Numbered from the stretch's first letter, positions 47,973-60,379 are shown. The stretch is 64,000 nt of DNA from Sphaerodactylus townsendi (GCF_021028975.2 NC_059426.1:31124001-31188000); one strand, 5' to 3'. Made by a program: numbers and translations. The notes: a model not told the origin generated them from the sequence alone.

Positions 47973-49333
47973 CAGGGGCGAATCTAGGAAAACTGGAGCC
48001 CGGGGACAAAATCTGAGTTTGGTGCCCCCCCACCCCAGGTATGGACGACCACCCTCCCCCACAATGATTTTTTGCACCAGCTCACAAAACACCTCCCACC
48101 ACCAGCAAAACATACATGGCTTTCTCCCCACCAACTCTCTTTCCTAATTGTGTCCTCACACCAACCCTATGAGGTAGGTTGTTAGCCTGAGAAACAGCTC
48201 CAAGCCAGTGCAAGTGGGAATTAACTTTTAAGCATGTAAATCTCTCACAAGTCACCCCCCATCTGAAGGTTTACCAAGCAAACATCAGCATCATCTCTCA
48301 CAAATCACCTCCTACCCCCAGCAAAACAGGCATGGCTCTCTCCACCACACTTCACTTCTCCCTAATTGTGTCCTCACACCAACTCCTGTGGTAGGCTGCT
48401 AGCCTGGAGAAACAGCTCCAAGCCAGTGCAAGGGGAATTAACTTTTAAGCATGTAAATCTCTCACAAGTCACCCCCCTATCTGAAGGTTTACCAAGCAAA
48501 CTTCAGCATCCTCTCTCACAAATCACCTCCTACCCCCAACAAAACAGGCATGGCTCTCTCCCCACCACTTTCCTAATTGTGTCCTCACACCAACCCTGTG
48601 AGGTAGGCTGCTAGCCTGAGAAACAGCTCCAAGCCAGTGCATGGGGAATTAACTTTTACGCATGTAAATCTCTCACAAGTTGCCCCCCCCCCATCTGAAG
48701 GTTTACCAAGCAAACATCAGCATCCTCTCTCACAAATCACCTCCTATCCCCAGCAAAACAGGCATGGCTCTCTCCCCACCACTTTCCTAATTGTGTCCTC
48801 ACACCAACCCTGTGGCAGGGTAGGCTGCTGGCCCTGAGAAACAACCCAGCTCCAAGCCAGTGCAAGTGGGAATTAACTTTTAAGCATGTAAATCTCTCAC
48901 AAGTCACCCCTCATCTGAAGGTTTACCAAGCAAACGTCAGCATCATCTTCAGTTCTGCTGCTGCTTCTGGGCTCCCTGCTCAGCTTGCCTTTTCCTGTGC
49001 CTGCTGCCGGGGAGAAGGCTTCTGAGAAATGCCACACTTAATTTAAGGCGAATAAGGCATGCAGGGTTAGAGGGAGGGGAGGCGGAGCTCCCCAGTCCTT
49101 CTCCTGGGAGCCCAGTGGGGCTTCTCCCCCGCTCCCTGGACACTCCAGGCCACCGTACAGAGTGGGCGGGGCTACGACAGGCACTGGGAGCAGGCCGCTG
49201 CTTCAGTGCCTGCTTTCTAGGGCTTGCTCAATCCCTGGCTCTGTAGGAGGATGTTTTGGCGCCCCCCACGTGACCTCAATCGATGCGCCCGGGGACAAGG
49301 GGTACCCCATGTCCCTAGGCAGGAACGCCAGTG
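47973..49333. mobile_element. 1.36-kb non-autonomous hAT element carrying a tandem array
   Basis: Ends CAGGGGCG / CGCCAGTG with a perfect TSD CTGCTGAC. Confidence 0.85.
48095..48947. repeat. Tandem repeat, unit about 214 bp, about 4 copies
   Basis: Marker TTGTGTCCTCACAC at 48148, 48366, 48577 and 48791. Confidence 0.95.
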
Positions 49334-49542
49334 CTGCTGACTATGCCCCAGTTTGTTTTAACGGCACTGTTCTGTTTTCTCTGGCTTGTGTTAGACATTC
49401 TTCTTTTGTAGTTGTGTTTTAATGGTTTTGTTTTACTGTTTTAAGGCAAGCTGCCTCAAGCAGGTCTCTGGAGATGCAGCATGTAAATTTACCAAATAAA
49501 CCAGTAAACCATAGCAAGGTGCTGGAGGATTTCTGTGAAGGA

Positions 49543-49998
49543 AGTTGTGTGGTGTAGTGGTTAAGAGCAGGTGTACTCTAATCTGGAGGAACTGGGTTTG
49601 ATTCCCTGCTCTGCCACCTGTGGAGACTTATCTGGGGAATTCAGATTAGCCTGTACATTCCAACACACGTCAGCTGGGTGACCTTGGGCTAGTCCAGGGG
49701 TAGGGAACCTGCGGCTCTCCAGATGTTCAGGAACTACAATTCCCATCAGCCTCTGTCAGCATGGCCAATTGGCCATGCTGGCAGGGGCTGATGGCAGATT
49801 GTGAGTTCCTGAGCATCTCAACACAGGTTCCCCACCCTAGGCTGAATCTGAACAGTTCTTCTGAGCTCTCTCAGCCCCATCTACCTCACAGGGTGTTTGT
49901 TGTGAAGGGGGAAGGGAAAGGAGTTTGTATGCCCCTTTGAGTCTCCTTGCAGGAGAGAAAGGGGGATATAAATCCCAACTCTTTTTCTTTTTTTTTCT
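49543..49998 (+). mobile_element. Squam3-like SINE with a nested hAT MITE (49695-49839)
   Basis: The SINE is split at ggctagtc by a CAGGGGTAGGGAACCT palindrome. Confidence 0.85.
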
Positions 49999-50586
49999 AT
50001 TGAGAATTGGCATGGAGTGTAGGCAGTGTGAAATGCAGGCAGTGTGGACTTCAACATGGGCTCAGATTCCAGATCAGCCTAGACTCACTTGGCATCTCTT
50101 GGCCCAATTCCCCGTTTTTGAGGTTGATGCACATTTTTAGAGGTGAATATTCTTAACCTCATTCTTAATGCCGAACTACTGCTGGTGGAATTTGCCATTA
50201 TCATGCTGCACGTGATTCCATTGATAAAAGCAGGGTGCTGGACCATGGTGGGGCGTGATGCTGCCATGTCACAAGGGAAGGAAACTGACTGAGGCAAAAT
50301 GTTGTCATCCAGAAATTAGCTGTTCAGTGTCGAGTGAAGTTTGGGGAGAGTCCCAGTGCCCCCGCTGCTGCTGTAGTGGGGGCGGGCCAGGGGAGGAGCT
50401 GACGTTTGTTGGATCCCTCCCAGCCATTTGGTGCATTACACCAGCAGCCAAGGAATACATCCAGGTGGCATAAGCCTGTTAAATCCAATGAGAGCTTCTC
50501 AGCGACAGGGAGGCTTTGATGCTTGCGAAGCCCCCCTGCACCGCCACAGCTGGTTACGTGAAGTCTTGGATGGGGCTGCCCATCTT

Positions 50587-50843
50587 CCATGGTCCAATTG
50601 GCCATGCTAGCAGGGGCTGCTGGGAATTGTAGTCTTTATTTTATTTATTTATATTTATTGATAATTAATTTTATATATCGCCCCTCCCCCGAAGGGCTCT
50701 GGGCGGTGAACAACATAATAAAACAACCATCACATTAAAACCCCATTAAACAGCATTAAAACCCCATTAAACAGCAAATTAACAAAATTACATTAACAGA
50801 ATTACATTGTCATAAACATTTGGAGGGCCTGAGTTTGACACCT
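50587..50843. mobile_element. hAT MITE right half split by a minus-strand L2-like 3' end (about 50635-50808)
   Basis: gggaattgtagtc, then (TTTA)n..cgccctcccccgaagggctc.., then cataaacatttggagggcctgagtttgacacct. Confidence 0.7.
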
Positions 50844-51048
50844 AAATAAATCTTTTATTTTTGGGAAAAATTTTATGTTGTGTGTGTGTCCAATGACTTG
50901 TTTTTAATGTTGTGACAATGTTCCAATTGTAAGCACACCTTGAGCAGAACTCTGAATAGGACGCATAGAAATATACCAATAAATAATGTTTGCTTAACTG
51001 GTGGTCACCGCCTCCCTGTAATGCTCCAAAGGTGTTTTTCTTTTCCAG

Positions 51049-51344
51049 GTGTGACAGGCGTAATGACTGCGGCGACAACAGTGATGAGAGGGGTTGTACC
51101 TATCAGCCCTGCACGCAACACCAGTTTACCTGTCAAAATGGCCGCTGCATCACAAAAGCCTATGTTTGTGATGGGGACAACGATTGTGGTGATGAATCAG
51201 ATGAGTCGGAGCACATGTGTGTTACACCAGAAGCAACCTGTCCCCCCCATTTTTTCAAGTGCGACAATGGGAACTGCATTGCAATGACCAATATCTGCAA
51301 CCGGATCGACAACTGTCTTGACAACAGTGATGAAAAAGGATGTG
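51049..51344 (+). CDS. LRP2: LRP2 exon (296 nt), LDLa repeats CDRRNDC...SDEKGC
   Basis: ttttccag| and G|gtatgt, phase 2-1. Confidence 0.95.
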
Positions 51345-51412
51345 GTATGTCTAGAACATTTTTGGAGGAATCTATCTGAGCTCATAAGTAGTGACAAAGT
51401 CAGATTCATCCA

Positions 51413-51554
51413 GGACTTTTTTGTCAGCTGCAGAATAATGCACTTTCAGTCCACTTTCACAATTGTTTGCAAGTGGATTTGGCTATTCCGCACAGCTGCA
51501 AAGTGCATTGAAAGTGAATTGAAAGTGCATGATTCTTCATGTGCAGAAGGGGCC
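51413..51554. mobile_element. Harbinger-like MITE copy (diverged)
   Basis: gcagaataatgcactttca...tgaaagtgcatgattc. Confidence 0.75.
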
Positions 51555-52090
51555 CCAGAGAGTAGATGAGGTTGACTCATAGGCAGCTGGGCCATAGGTC
51601 ATCTGGGATGGGGGTGGTCTCCCTGGGCAGACCAGAAGGCCCCAGGCATCACTGGTGTCTGTTCCTTGAGAATTTCAGAAATCATCACTGGGGACTAGGC
51701 CTCTTGTTTTTGAAGGGATGTATCTGAGTTCAGAAGTTTGATAAGCAACATGGGGAATTATTGTGACACTTTAAAAATGTCTGTCTGACAAAGAGCTCTA
51801 CAGCAAATGTCCTTGGAGATCATGCGTGATGATAAAAAGTCTTAGAACAGTACCATTGCAAAAAAGGCAAAATGAAACCGAGTTGCATTAATAGGGGAAT
51901 TATGAATAAGAGACCATTCGTATTCATGCTGTTGCCAAAATTCATAAATATTTGCTTCAGAATATGGATTTGCATAGCTTTTGATGTTCGCATGTATTAC
52001 AGTTCAAACATATTCATTTTGCAATTGCACAGAATGTACTTTTAATTTAAGTCTGTTTTAGGCTAGGGCCAGACAAGATATTATGTTAGA

Positions 52091-52232
52091 TGTATTGTTG
52101 AAGGCTTGCACCTTGAAGGCTGGAATCACTGGGGTGCTGTGTGGTTTCTGGGCTGTATGGCCATGTTCTAGCAGCATTCTCTCCTGATGTTTCGCCTGCA
52201 TCTGTGGCTGGCATCTTCAGAAGATCTGAATG
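52091..52232 (-). mobile_element. Penelope-like fragment with a hammerhead motif (52183-52223)
   Basis: Minus strand CTT-CTGAAGA-T-GCC..GGC-GAAA-CA-TC-AGG; flanked by the direct repeat TTATGTTAGA. Confidence 0.8.
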
Positions 52233-53627
52233 TTATGTTAGAATTGCTGTATGGATAGTCCATGTTTCTAGGTTTAGGACTGGGACTGCAGTTTATGTTG
52301 CCAGCCTGTCCCTGCTACAGGCCTAACATCACCTTGAGATTGAAAAACTTAAGCAGGGGAAAAGGTTAAACCTTTTTGACTGTGCTGCAGCCATATGAAT
52401 CGGGCTACCTGATGCTTCAGGCCTCCTTCAAAATAATTATTGGAAGAATTTTTCACAGGTCTCCAATTTTGCTTCTGGTTTGAACCAAAGTCCTGGGCAG
52501 TCAGTCAGTGTAGTTCAAGTGGATCTAAGCAAACCGTATTACGTCTACAGTTACAAATGAACAGAATAAATGAACAGAATGCATGCATGTATGCATGCAG
52601 TAGTTCTTGAATTTGCCTGAACAAGACCCAGGAAGCTTCCTAGCCCAGAAAGCCAAGAGTGTTTTCTTTATTCCTCTCATTATTTTAAAAAAATTTTATG
52701 GCGAGAAAGCAAACAAATTCTTCTTCTAAACCTCAGTATTAAGTGCATTTTCACAGTACTGCCTTTATTGCACGACTTCTTTTTCCTCCAAAGCTTTGGA
52801 ATGTTTCTATTCTTGCCCACTAGTTTGAAGCCGTGAAAATAATTCACTGTAGGGGGCTTACTTTTTTCTATATCAACTGTGCTCTGTGTTGTGTAGAAAT
52901 AAAGTTAACTTGCAAATATGGTATGCACAGAAGCAGAAAATCTTTCCACATTATTACTCAATTTAGAAGTTTATTTTCCTGTACCAGTATATTATTTCAG
53001 GCAAGAACATGAGAAACCTGTTTTCAGAGCCACCTCTGTAAAATTTAATGGATGACCTTGGGCCAATCACTTTCTCTTAGTCTAGTGAATCTCACAGGGT
53101 TGTTGTGTGAAGTAAGTTGGGCGGGGGAGAGTTTATGGACAAAAATGCGATGGATGTATCAAACAATGAGAAAGCTGGATAGACAACCTGCTATATATAA
53201 CCTGTTTTTTCCTGCGTTGCTATCAGAGGACAGCTATATGTACTCTGTGGGACCATGAATGTTCTGTGTGCATGTCTGAATAAATTGCCCCATCGGTAGG
53301 TGGGCATGGATAGGCCTAGTCCAAATATATGCCCCCCAAAATGGGTTTACATGTTACCAGGTTGATTTTGTTGGACTGGTGCTACCACAGTGGCCCTGAT
53401 TCTGCTTGGCTTTTGTGATTTGACACTGGTTCAGTCGAACTGGAAATAGTGTCCCCTCCCTTGCTCCTGGTTTGGTTTGGAGTTCCTGGTTTGATGTTGG
53501 ATGTTGGATGTGTTAGGTTGCCACAGTGTCCTGTGATTCTGCTGGGATGCTTTGGTTTGATATTGGTTTTGTTGGGCTTGTTAGTTCTGTGAGTATTAGG
53601 AGGGTTTTGGTTGCATACTCTTCTTTA

Positions 53628-54078
53628 GCAGATTCCACACGAGCCATAAACAGCGCCCCCGGAACGGCAAAAACGCCATCCCGGGGGCACCGTTTGCGCA
53701 GCTGCCACCTCCCGAGCAAGGCAGTGCCACGCTTTTTTCCCTGAGCCGCTGTTTTTGAGCGAGTCTTTTCAAAAACAGCGATGTCCACCCGGTGCCGAGC
53801 GAACGGCACCAGGTGGATGGCGCTGTTTTCTGGCGCACAGCTTAAAAAAAACTTACCTCCTCTTCCCTGCGTAGCTCCGTAGGGACAAGGGGACATGCCT
53901 CCTGGCCCCCAACCCCTGAGGTGTCAGCATGGCCACAGGGGCGTGTCCCCTCCTCTTTGCAGAGCTACGCAGGGAAGCAGAGGGGAGTAAAAAAAGAAGT
54001 GGCATGCCTCCATTCGGAGACGCCTCCTTGGGCTGCGGCGGCTCTGGGCCTGCGCACACAAAAACGTGTGAATGGCGC
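53628..54078. mobile_element. CpG-rich palindromic non-autonomous DNA transposon (Harbinger-like)
   Basis: Ends gcagattccacacg / cgtgtgaatggcgc; internal inverted repeat ttccctgcgtagctc / gagctacgcagggaa. Confidence 0.55.
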
Positions 54079-54819
54079 TGTGTGGTGGACCTTTGTTTGG
54101 CTATTCTTTGTCCTAGAAATCATGCAATTTTTACACTTTAAGAGCGATAGAGTTTGACACCTTGGTCCAATTCATTTGAAACCTGAGGGCTGAGGGGTGT
54201 GTGTGTGTGTGTGTGTGTCTTTAGTTGGCAGGCAACACTAACTCTGTTGCAGTTTGGTGAGATTTGCTCAAAAAATCAGTCACTCCAGTCTCCTGGAAAT
54301 ATTTTTAGGGCTGAGGAAAACTGAACCCAAGTGCCAAACTAATATTGGGGACACAAATAATCCAGTATTTATACTCTTCCTGAAATCTGAAAAACACAAT
54401 TTTTTCAAGTGCATATCCCTCTCAACCCCCTCCCCCCACATATTAAATTTATAACAAAACTGAAATTGTTCAACAAACTGCAAAAGAATGTCATTTATTT
54501 TACTGTAAAATGTTTTTTGTATTATAAAGATGGTATTAAAATATGGTCTCACCATATTTTAATAAATTATCTCATTAATTGTTTGATGCTGTAACCCTGG
54601 TTCATTCGGAGTTAAGCCAGTTTTGCCCTTGGGCCAATGGATTTTAGCAGGACTGAACAGTTTTTATTACTGAGAACTTCAGTTTAATTAACGTTGTCAG
54701 CCTGGTTATTGTGTTGCTCAGTTGATATCCATTTGGCATGCACACATTACTGGTAAGCTGGTTTCCTCCCATAAAATTTCAGCAGGAACCTCATATTATT
54801 GGTCTGTCAGTGGTGATAT

Positions 54820-55116
54820 AAGAAGAAGATTTGGATATATATTCCCGCTTTCTCTCTTATAAGGAGACTCAAAGGGGCTTACAAACTCCTTTCCCTTCCC
54901 CCCGCACAAGAAACACCCTGTGAGGTGGGTGGGGCTGAGGGAGTTCAGAAGAACTGTGACTAGCCCAAGGTCACCCAGCTGGCGTGTGTTGGAGTGCACA
55001 GGCTAATCTGAATTCCCCAGATAACCCTCAACAACTCAAGCGGCAGAGCGGGGAATCAAACTCGGTTCCTCCAGATTAGAGTACACCTGCTCTTAACCAC
55101 TACACCACTGCTGCTC
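54820..55116 (-). mobile_element. Full-length Squam3-like SINE
   Basis: Reverse complement of the 46886 copy, with (CTT)n tail. Confidence 0.9.
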
Positions 55117-55422
55117 AGATGGTCCAAGAACTCTGCATCTCAGACTTTTGCCATCTTCATCAAAAACAGCGCATCTCACAAAAAAAATACCAGAGCTGTT
55201 TTGTTCTGTCACTACGGCATCACTTACTTTTGATTTTTTAAATTTGGCCTTGTGTAAAGTGAGCATTTAGTGGGCAAACAGAAAGTGGCCTCTATCTGAG
55301 CCCCTCAGGGATAGGGCAGGGTACAAATATAATTGAAATGAAAAAACAAAACATTGTTTCTAGCCCCTGAGTGGGGTAACTGTTAACTTGATTTCTTGAT
55401 AATGTTTTCTTTTTGGCTACAG

Positions 55423-55939
55423 GCATTAACGAATGCAACGACCCTTCGATCAGTGGCTGCGACCATGACTGCACAGACACCCAGACTAGTTTCTACTGTT
55501 CTTGTCATCCTGGATACAGGCTCATGTCCAATAAAAAGACTTGCGACGACATTGATGAGTGTAGCGAAACACCTTCAGTGTGTAGCCAGATTTGTGAAAA
55601 CACCATCGGCTCCTACATCTGCAAGTGTGCGCCGGGCTACATCCGCGAGCCCGATGGAAAGCGCTGCCGGCAAAACAGCAACATCTCGCCTTACCTTATC
55701 TTTAGCAACCGCTACTACCTTAGGAACCTCACTACGGATGGCCTGTCTTACTCCCTCATTTTGCAAGGGCTTGGAAATGTGGTGGCGTTGGACTTTGATA
55801 GGGTGGAAAAAAGACTTTATTGGATTGATGTGGGCAGGAGGATAATTGAAAGAATGTTTCTCAATGGAACAAACAAAGAAATAATCATTAACGATGGTGT
55901 ACCAAGTGGAGAGGGTATTGCTGTTGATTGGGTTGGCCG
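55423..55939 (+). CDS. LRP2: LRP2 exon (517 nt), EGF-EGF plus propeller start INECNDP...AVDWVG
   Basis: ctacag| and CG|gtaagt, phase 1-2. Confidence 0.96.
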
Positions 55940-57852
55940 GTAAGTCTCATGATTCCTTTTTTTAAAAAAACATCGTTACTGAGGAGTTGGAATTTTTATG
56001 ATTTATGGGTTACTCTTTCAACTCACATTCACCCAAACTTAGAAACTACTTCTTTTTAAAAATAATTACTAAAAAAAAAAACCCCAGTCACGAATAACCA
56101 GGATTAGGGAGGTTCAATCCTGCGTTTCTGCCCAGGGTTCTTTTCTCCAAATACTCCAATTGCTGAGTTCTCAAAGATTTTATTGTAAAATTGTAAAATT
56201 GTAAATTCCTGTTACAGCGATTTCTCAGCCAAGCACATTCCCATTATGTTTCTGTTTGGACCTCAAGCCAAGAGATGCTTCCTCTTGCTCGGCCCATGGT
56301 AGAATTTTCCTAGCCTTTGTTCCTTACTTCCCAGGAAAACTCTTGTTTCCTCCCATGAGGTAATCTAGGCTTTGATGTATGCTATGCGATTTCATTACTG
56401 TTTGGTAGTGGGATTCTGTCTGTGAGAATAACGGTTTGTCTCAAACCACTTAAGCAAGTTCATGGCTAAAGACTGCATTTGAAGCAGGTTTTTTTAATGG
56501 TTTCCAAATCTCTCTCTTTGTATCTAACCATATGGCACATATGGTTGTGGAGAGAGGTTTGAAAATTGGAAGGCAACATCATGTGATTGTGAGAGTCTTT
56601 TGCTGGAATGCTAGTTCTCAAGGACCAGGATTTCCATAACCTTCATATTTCATTGACCCTTCCTCTTGAATATTGTGGACGAATTTTCTAGATATAACCA
56701 TGAAAAACCTGATAAATTTCCCAGATCCTCCAGCAATAGTCTCAGCCGTTTCCCTGCTAAGACTGTCTTTCAGTTAATTCCCTTTTCATAAACCGCTTGG
56801 AGGAATCATGCTGAAATCTTTATTTTATCTTGACTTTTCTTTAAATTTGGAGGATTTCCAAATTTTTAAATCTTTAAATTTGGAGTTTGAGAAGGTGACA
56901 TTTCTTCCACAGTAGAGGAAGAGGAAAGCCTAGTTTCTGTTCTAGATCACTTGTTAAATTTCCTAGTTTGTGACCTATCTTTCTTATACTCTGTCTTTTG
57001 CTGTAGCCTAGTATGGATTGGATCCTACCAGCTTCTCGATTTGCTCTTGCCAGAATCCATGTCTCACTACATACCCCATCCTCCATCGTTTTTGATCACA
57101 CAAACCCAACAGTATCTGTCATAGAGTTTTTTGAGATTGAAAGAGGCCTTTCCTTTGCCCCTCATAAGTGGGAAGGCAGATAGGACAGGCAGCCCAATCC
57201 GGGGGAGGGGGGCAGGTGGGCGAATTTCCCTCCGGAGCCAGTGCACCCCTTTCCATCAGCGCAAGGGGCAAATGCTCTGGTGTGTGTGGGAGGTAACTTA
57301 CCCAGGTGGCTGCTGTAGCTGGGGGTGTTCCAAGGGTAGACCAGCCCACAACCTGGCTGGATGCAGGAAAGGGGTCAACAAGTGTCATGGTGCCCATGGG
57401 CACCATGTTTGGAACCGCATTCTACATCATTTATATGCAATTAACATAAGAACAGGTGTCAATTTTCATGATGTTATTTCTATCATTAAAAAAATACGGT
57501 TAGGAGAAAGAACAGTCATGGTTTCATTCCTAAGTGTGGAGAAAACATAATAAAAACTTAACAGTTTGAATTGGACTGGAATTTGTCTTAAAATCTAGTA
57601 CCATTCCTAGTGAGAAAATGTCACGATATAACTGTAGTGTAAGAAGAGGATGAGTGCATTGGAGTAAAACTGATTTACCTCCAGATATATACCGGTACTT
57701 CAGGAAATGGTAATTCCCAATCCCTGATAATGTCCTCACCCAGTTTTACATTTCCTGTCTGCATATCAAAGTAGTATTGATCACTGTTAAGGATGTAGCA
57801 TAGGTGGCTTGAACAGGGTTGTTTATTGCATTAACCTTGCCGACTGTTTCAG

Positions 57853-58005
57853 AAAACTATACTGGGTGGATGCCTACAAGAATTGCCTTTATGTAGCTGA
57901 GCTTGATGGACGGTTCCGAAAGAAACTCGTTGATCGGTGTTTGGACTCCAACAACACCTTCTGTTTTCAGCACCCTAGAGCTGTTGTTGTTCATCCCAAA
58001 TATGG
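57853..58005 (+). CDS. LRP2: LRP2 exon (153 nt) KLYWVDA...VHPKY
   Basis: tttcag| and GG|gtaggt, phase 2-2. Confidence 0.95.
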
Positions 58006-58265
58006 GTAGGTATTCCAGTCATTATTTCCTTTTAGTGCCACTGTTTTTCAGAGAGGTAGCCTGTTGCAACTAAAATAAAGCCTGTTGCAACTATCTGTTG
58101 CAACTAAAATAAAGAGTTTTGCTTTAGACACCAACATATTAACTTTTGTAAGCCAGCTCCCATGCCACCAGATGCATGAAATGCTCCATTTAGTCAGCAG
58201 GTGTATATATTACCAGCCAGCACACATGAGGCCCTTATATTGAATCATCTCACTAGTCCATCAGA

Positions 58266-58416
58266 GGTTCCTTTCACACATGCAAAATAACGCACTTTCA
58301 ATCCACTTTCAATGCACTTTGCAGCTGGATTTTACTGTGCAGAATAGCAAAATCCACTTTCAAACAATTGTGAAAGTGGATTGAAAGTGCATTATTCTGC
58401 ATGTGCGGAAGGGGCC
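58266..58416. mobile_element. 151-bp Harbinger-like MITE copy
   Basis: Same body; TSD AGA/AGA. Confidence 0.85.
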
Positions 58417-59852
58417 AGAGGCAGTATTGTATACTGATAGTGGCCATGGGCCCCCAGAGTTTCACATATTTTACTCTCTTATCCTTAACTGGAGATGCTG
58501 AGGATTAAACTGGGTATTTTGTGCATGCTGAGCTGTACTACTAAGCCATGGACCATGATGATTTTACAACACTTTTACATGTTTGTGACATGGGTCTTCA
58601 GCACAAAATTTAGATTTTGTAGGACATCCAGTATCTTCAAATCTGTGACACTGCTGTGGGTATCCCCATACCCTGTAGTAAGCCAACATATGCGTAGCAC
58701 ACTTTGAACCACAGTCTTCTGACATGAGAATCTTCAGCTTTCTTGTGCAGAGATTAAGCCAACCTTTCGGTGGGAGGTTGCATGTATAATTTATTTGTGT
58801 TCTGCTTCTTGCTGGTGCAAGTGATTAATACCAAGAGAAGTGACACAGTCCAGGTCTGGTAGAATGAAGGTGGAAGGCGGCAAGAAGCTTTGGAAGACAG
58901 GGGTATGGAGATAAGAGATATTTAAATAGAAGTAGACAGTACAAATAAGTGGAAGTTATGCTGTGGTGATATTTAAAGGCCTTCTTTACCTGTTGTGCTT
59001 AGATATTTTCTATTGCATAAGGAAACTCAAGCTGCAATAAATCAATTAATCTTAATGCACACTTTCCAGTTTTTATTTTCATGTGTTACAATTTCTTGCT
59101 TCCCATGGGTTGAGATCCAGCCGATTCACTCAGTTCCCCTCCTTGCACCAGTCTCTATCTCAGATGGCTTTGTCTGTGCAGACTTTATTACCTTTGGCGT
59201 GGCCTTTTTGATGGTCAACGAAGACCTCCTCTCTTTTCCACCAGAAGAAAAGTTGGTTTGATCCAACCCTATGTTGATGCATGTCTACTTAAAGGCCATT
59301 TGTAATTAAAGAAGCAAAAAAATGATTATTCCCTCCATCAGAATGAATTATATGCTTCAGTTGCACTGGGCAAGGATTATTACTTCCTTTCTCGTCAGTA
59401 AATCCTTCCACGTAATATCAAAATAACTTCCAAACCAATCCTCCACATTCACCTGGAGAGTTGATTCATTTGTCTTTGCTTATGACGCATAGAACGTTAG
59501 ACCAAAGTCCGTTCACGAGATCTGCATATTCTGAAAATATTTATTTATTTATATTTTAGATTTATTAGCCGCCCTCCCCCGAAAGGCTCAGTGCAACAAT
59601 AAAAGCATAGTAACAATGAATATAACATTAAAACCAACAACAGCACATTCTAATAAACTAATATCTCAGAAATTTTATTTTAAAAAAAACCTCAGATGGT
59701 GATAAAAACCCTCCCACCCACCATTTATGGTTGCAACTGGTTTTCTTATCTGGAAATTAATTACAGTACCTCTCATGTTGAATATTTTTCTTTGAAAAAC
59801 TCATCTGGTAGCACTTTGTTTTAAATTACAGTGATGTTAGATTAAGTTATAC

Positions 59853-60379
59853 GGGCCTTGGGCATCTTTCCTAAGTATGGAGCTATAGCCAATTGCCTAG
59901 CATCTGCTTTACCTGTTGCTCAGCGTCGGGCATTTATATTAGCCTGATTTAATAGTTTTCCTTCAGCCTCTACCAAAGGAAGGTATCATCAAATTCCAAA
60001 ACAACAAAGATACTGTTGCTGTGGCTCTATTGACTCTCTTACCCATGTCCTCCTAGAGTGCCAAATAAATGCAGATGCGCGTGTTAGATTAATCCACCCT
60101 TTATTGGCGGCGAGGAAAATTTCTAACCCTACTGTCGCCATAACGTTTTCTTCTTGGAGACTACAATGCTGAAACAACACTTATGGTAGCTCTACTTCTG
60201 ACTACTATTTTAAAGTGTTAACTTATTCCTGTTTTATTACTGCTAACTGCGTTTTTTTATATTATATCAGCACACTATAAGTATATCTGCATGAGTGTGC
60301 AAATGTATCCCTGCACTAATTAACTTGTCTTTTATATAAATGAGCTTGTATTGTTTTTGATTTTATGCCAATAAAGACG

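Noticed and set aside
48095-48947. Regularly spaced repeats as a CRISPR-like array
   Set aside because: Whole units repeat with no unique spacers, there are no cas genes, and the array sits in a vertebrate intron inside a TSD-bounded transposon.
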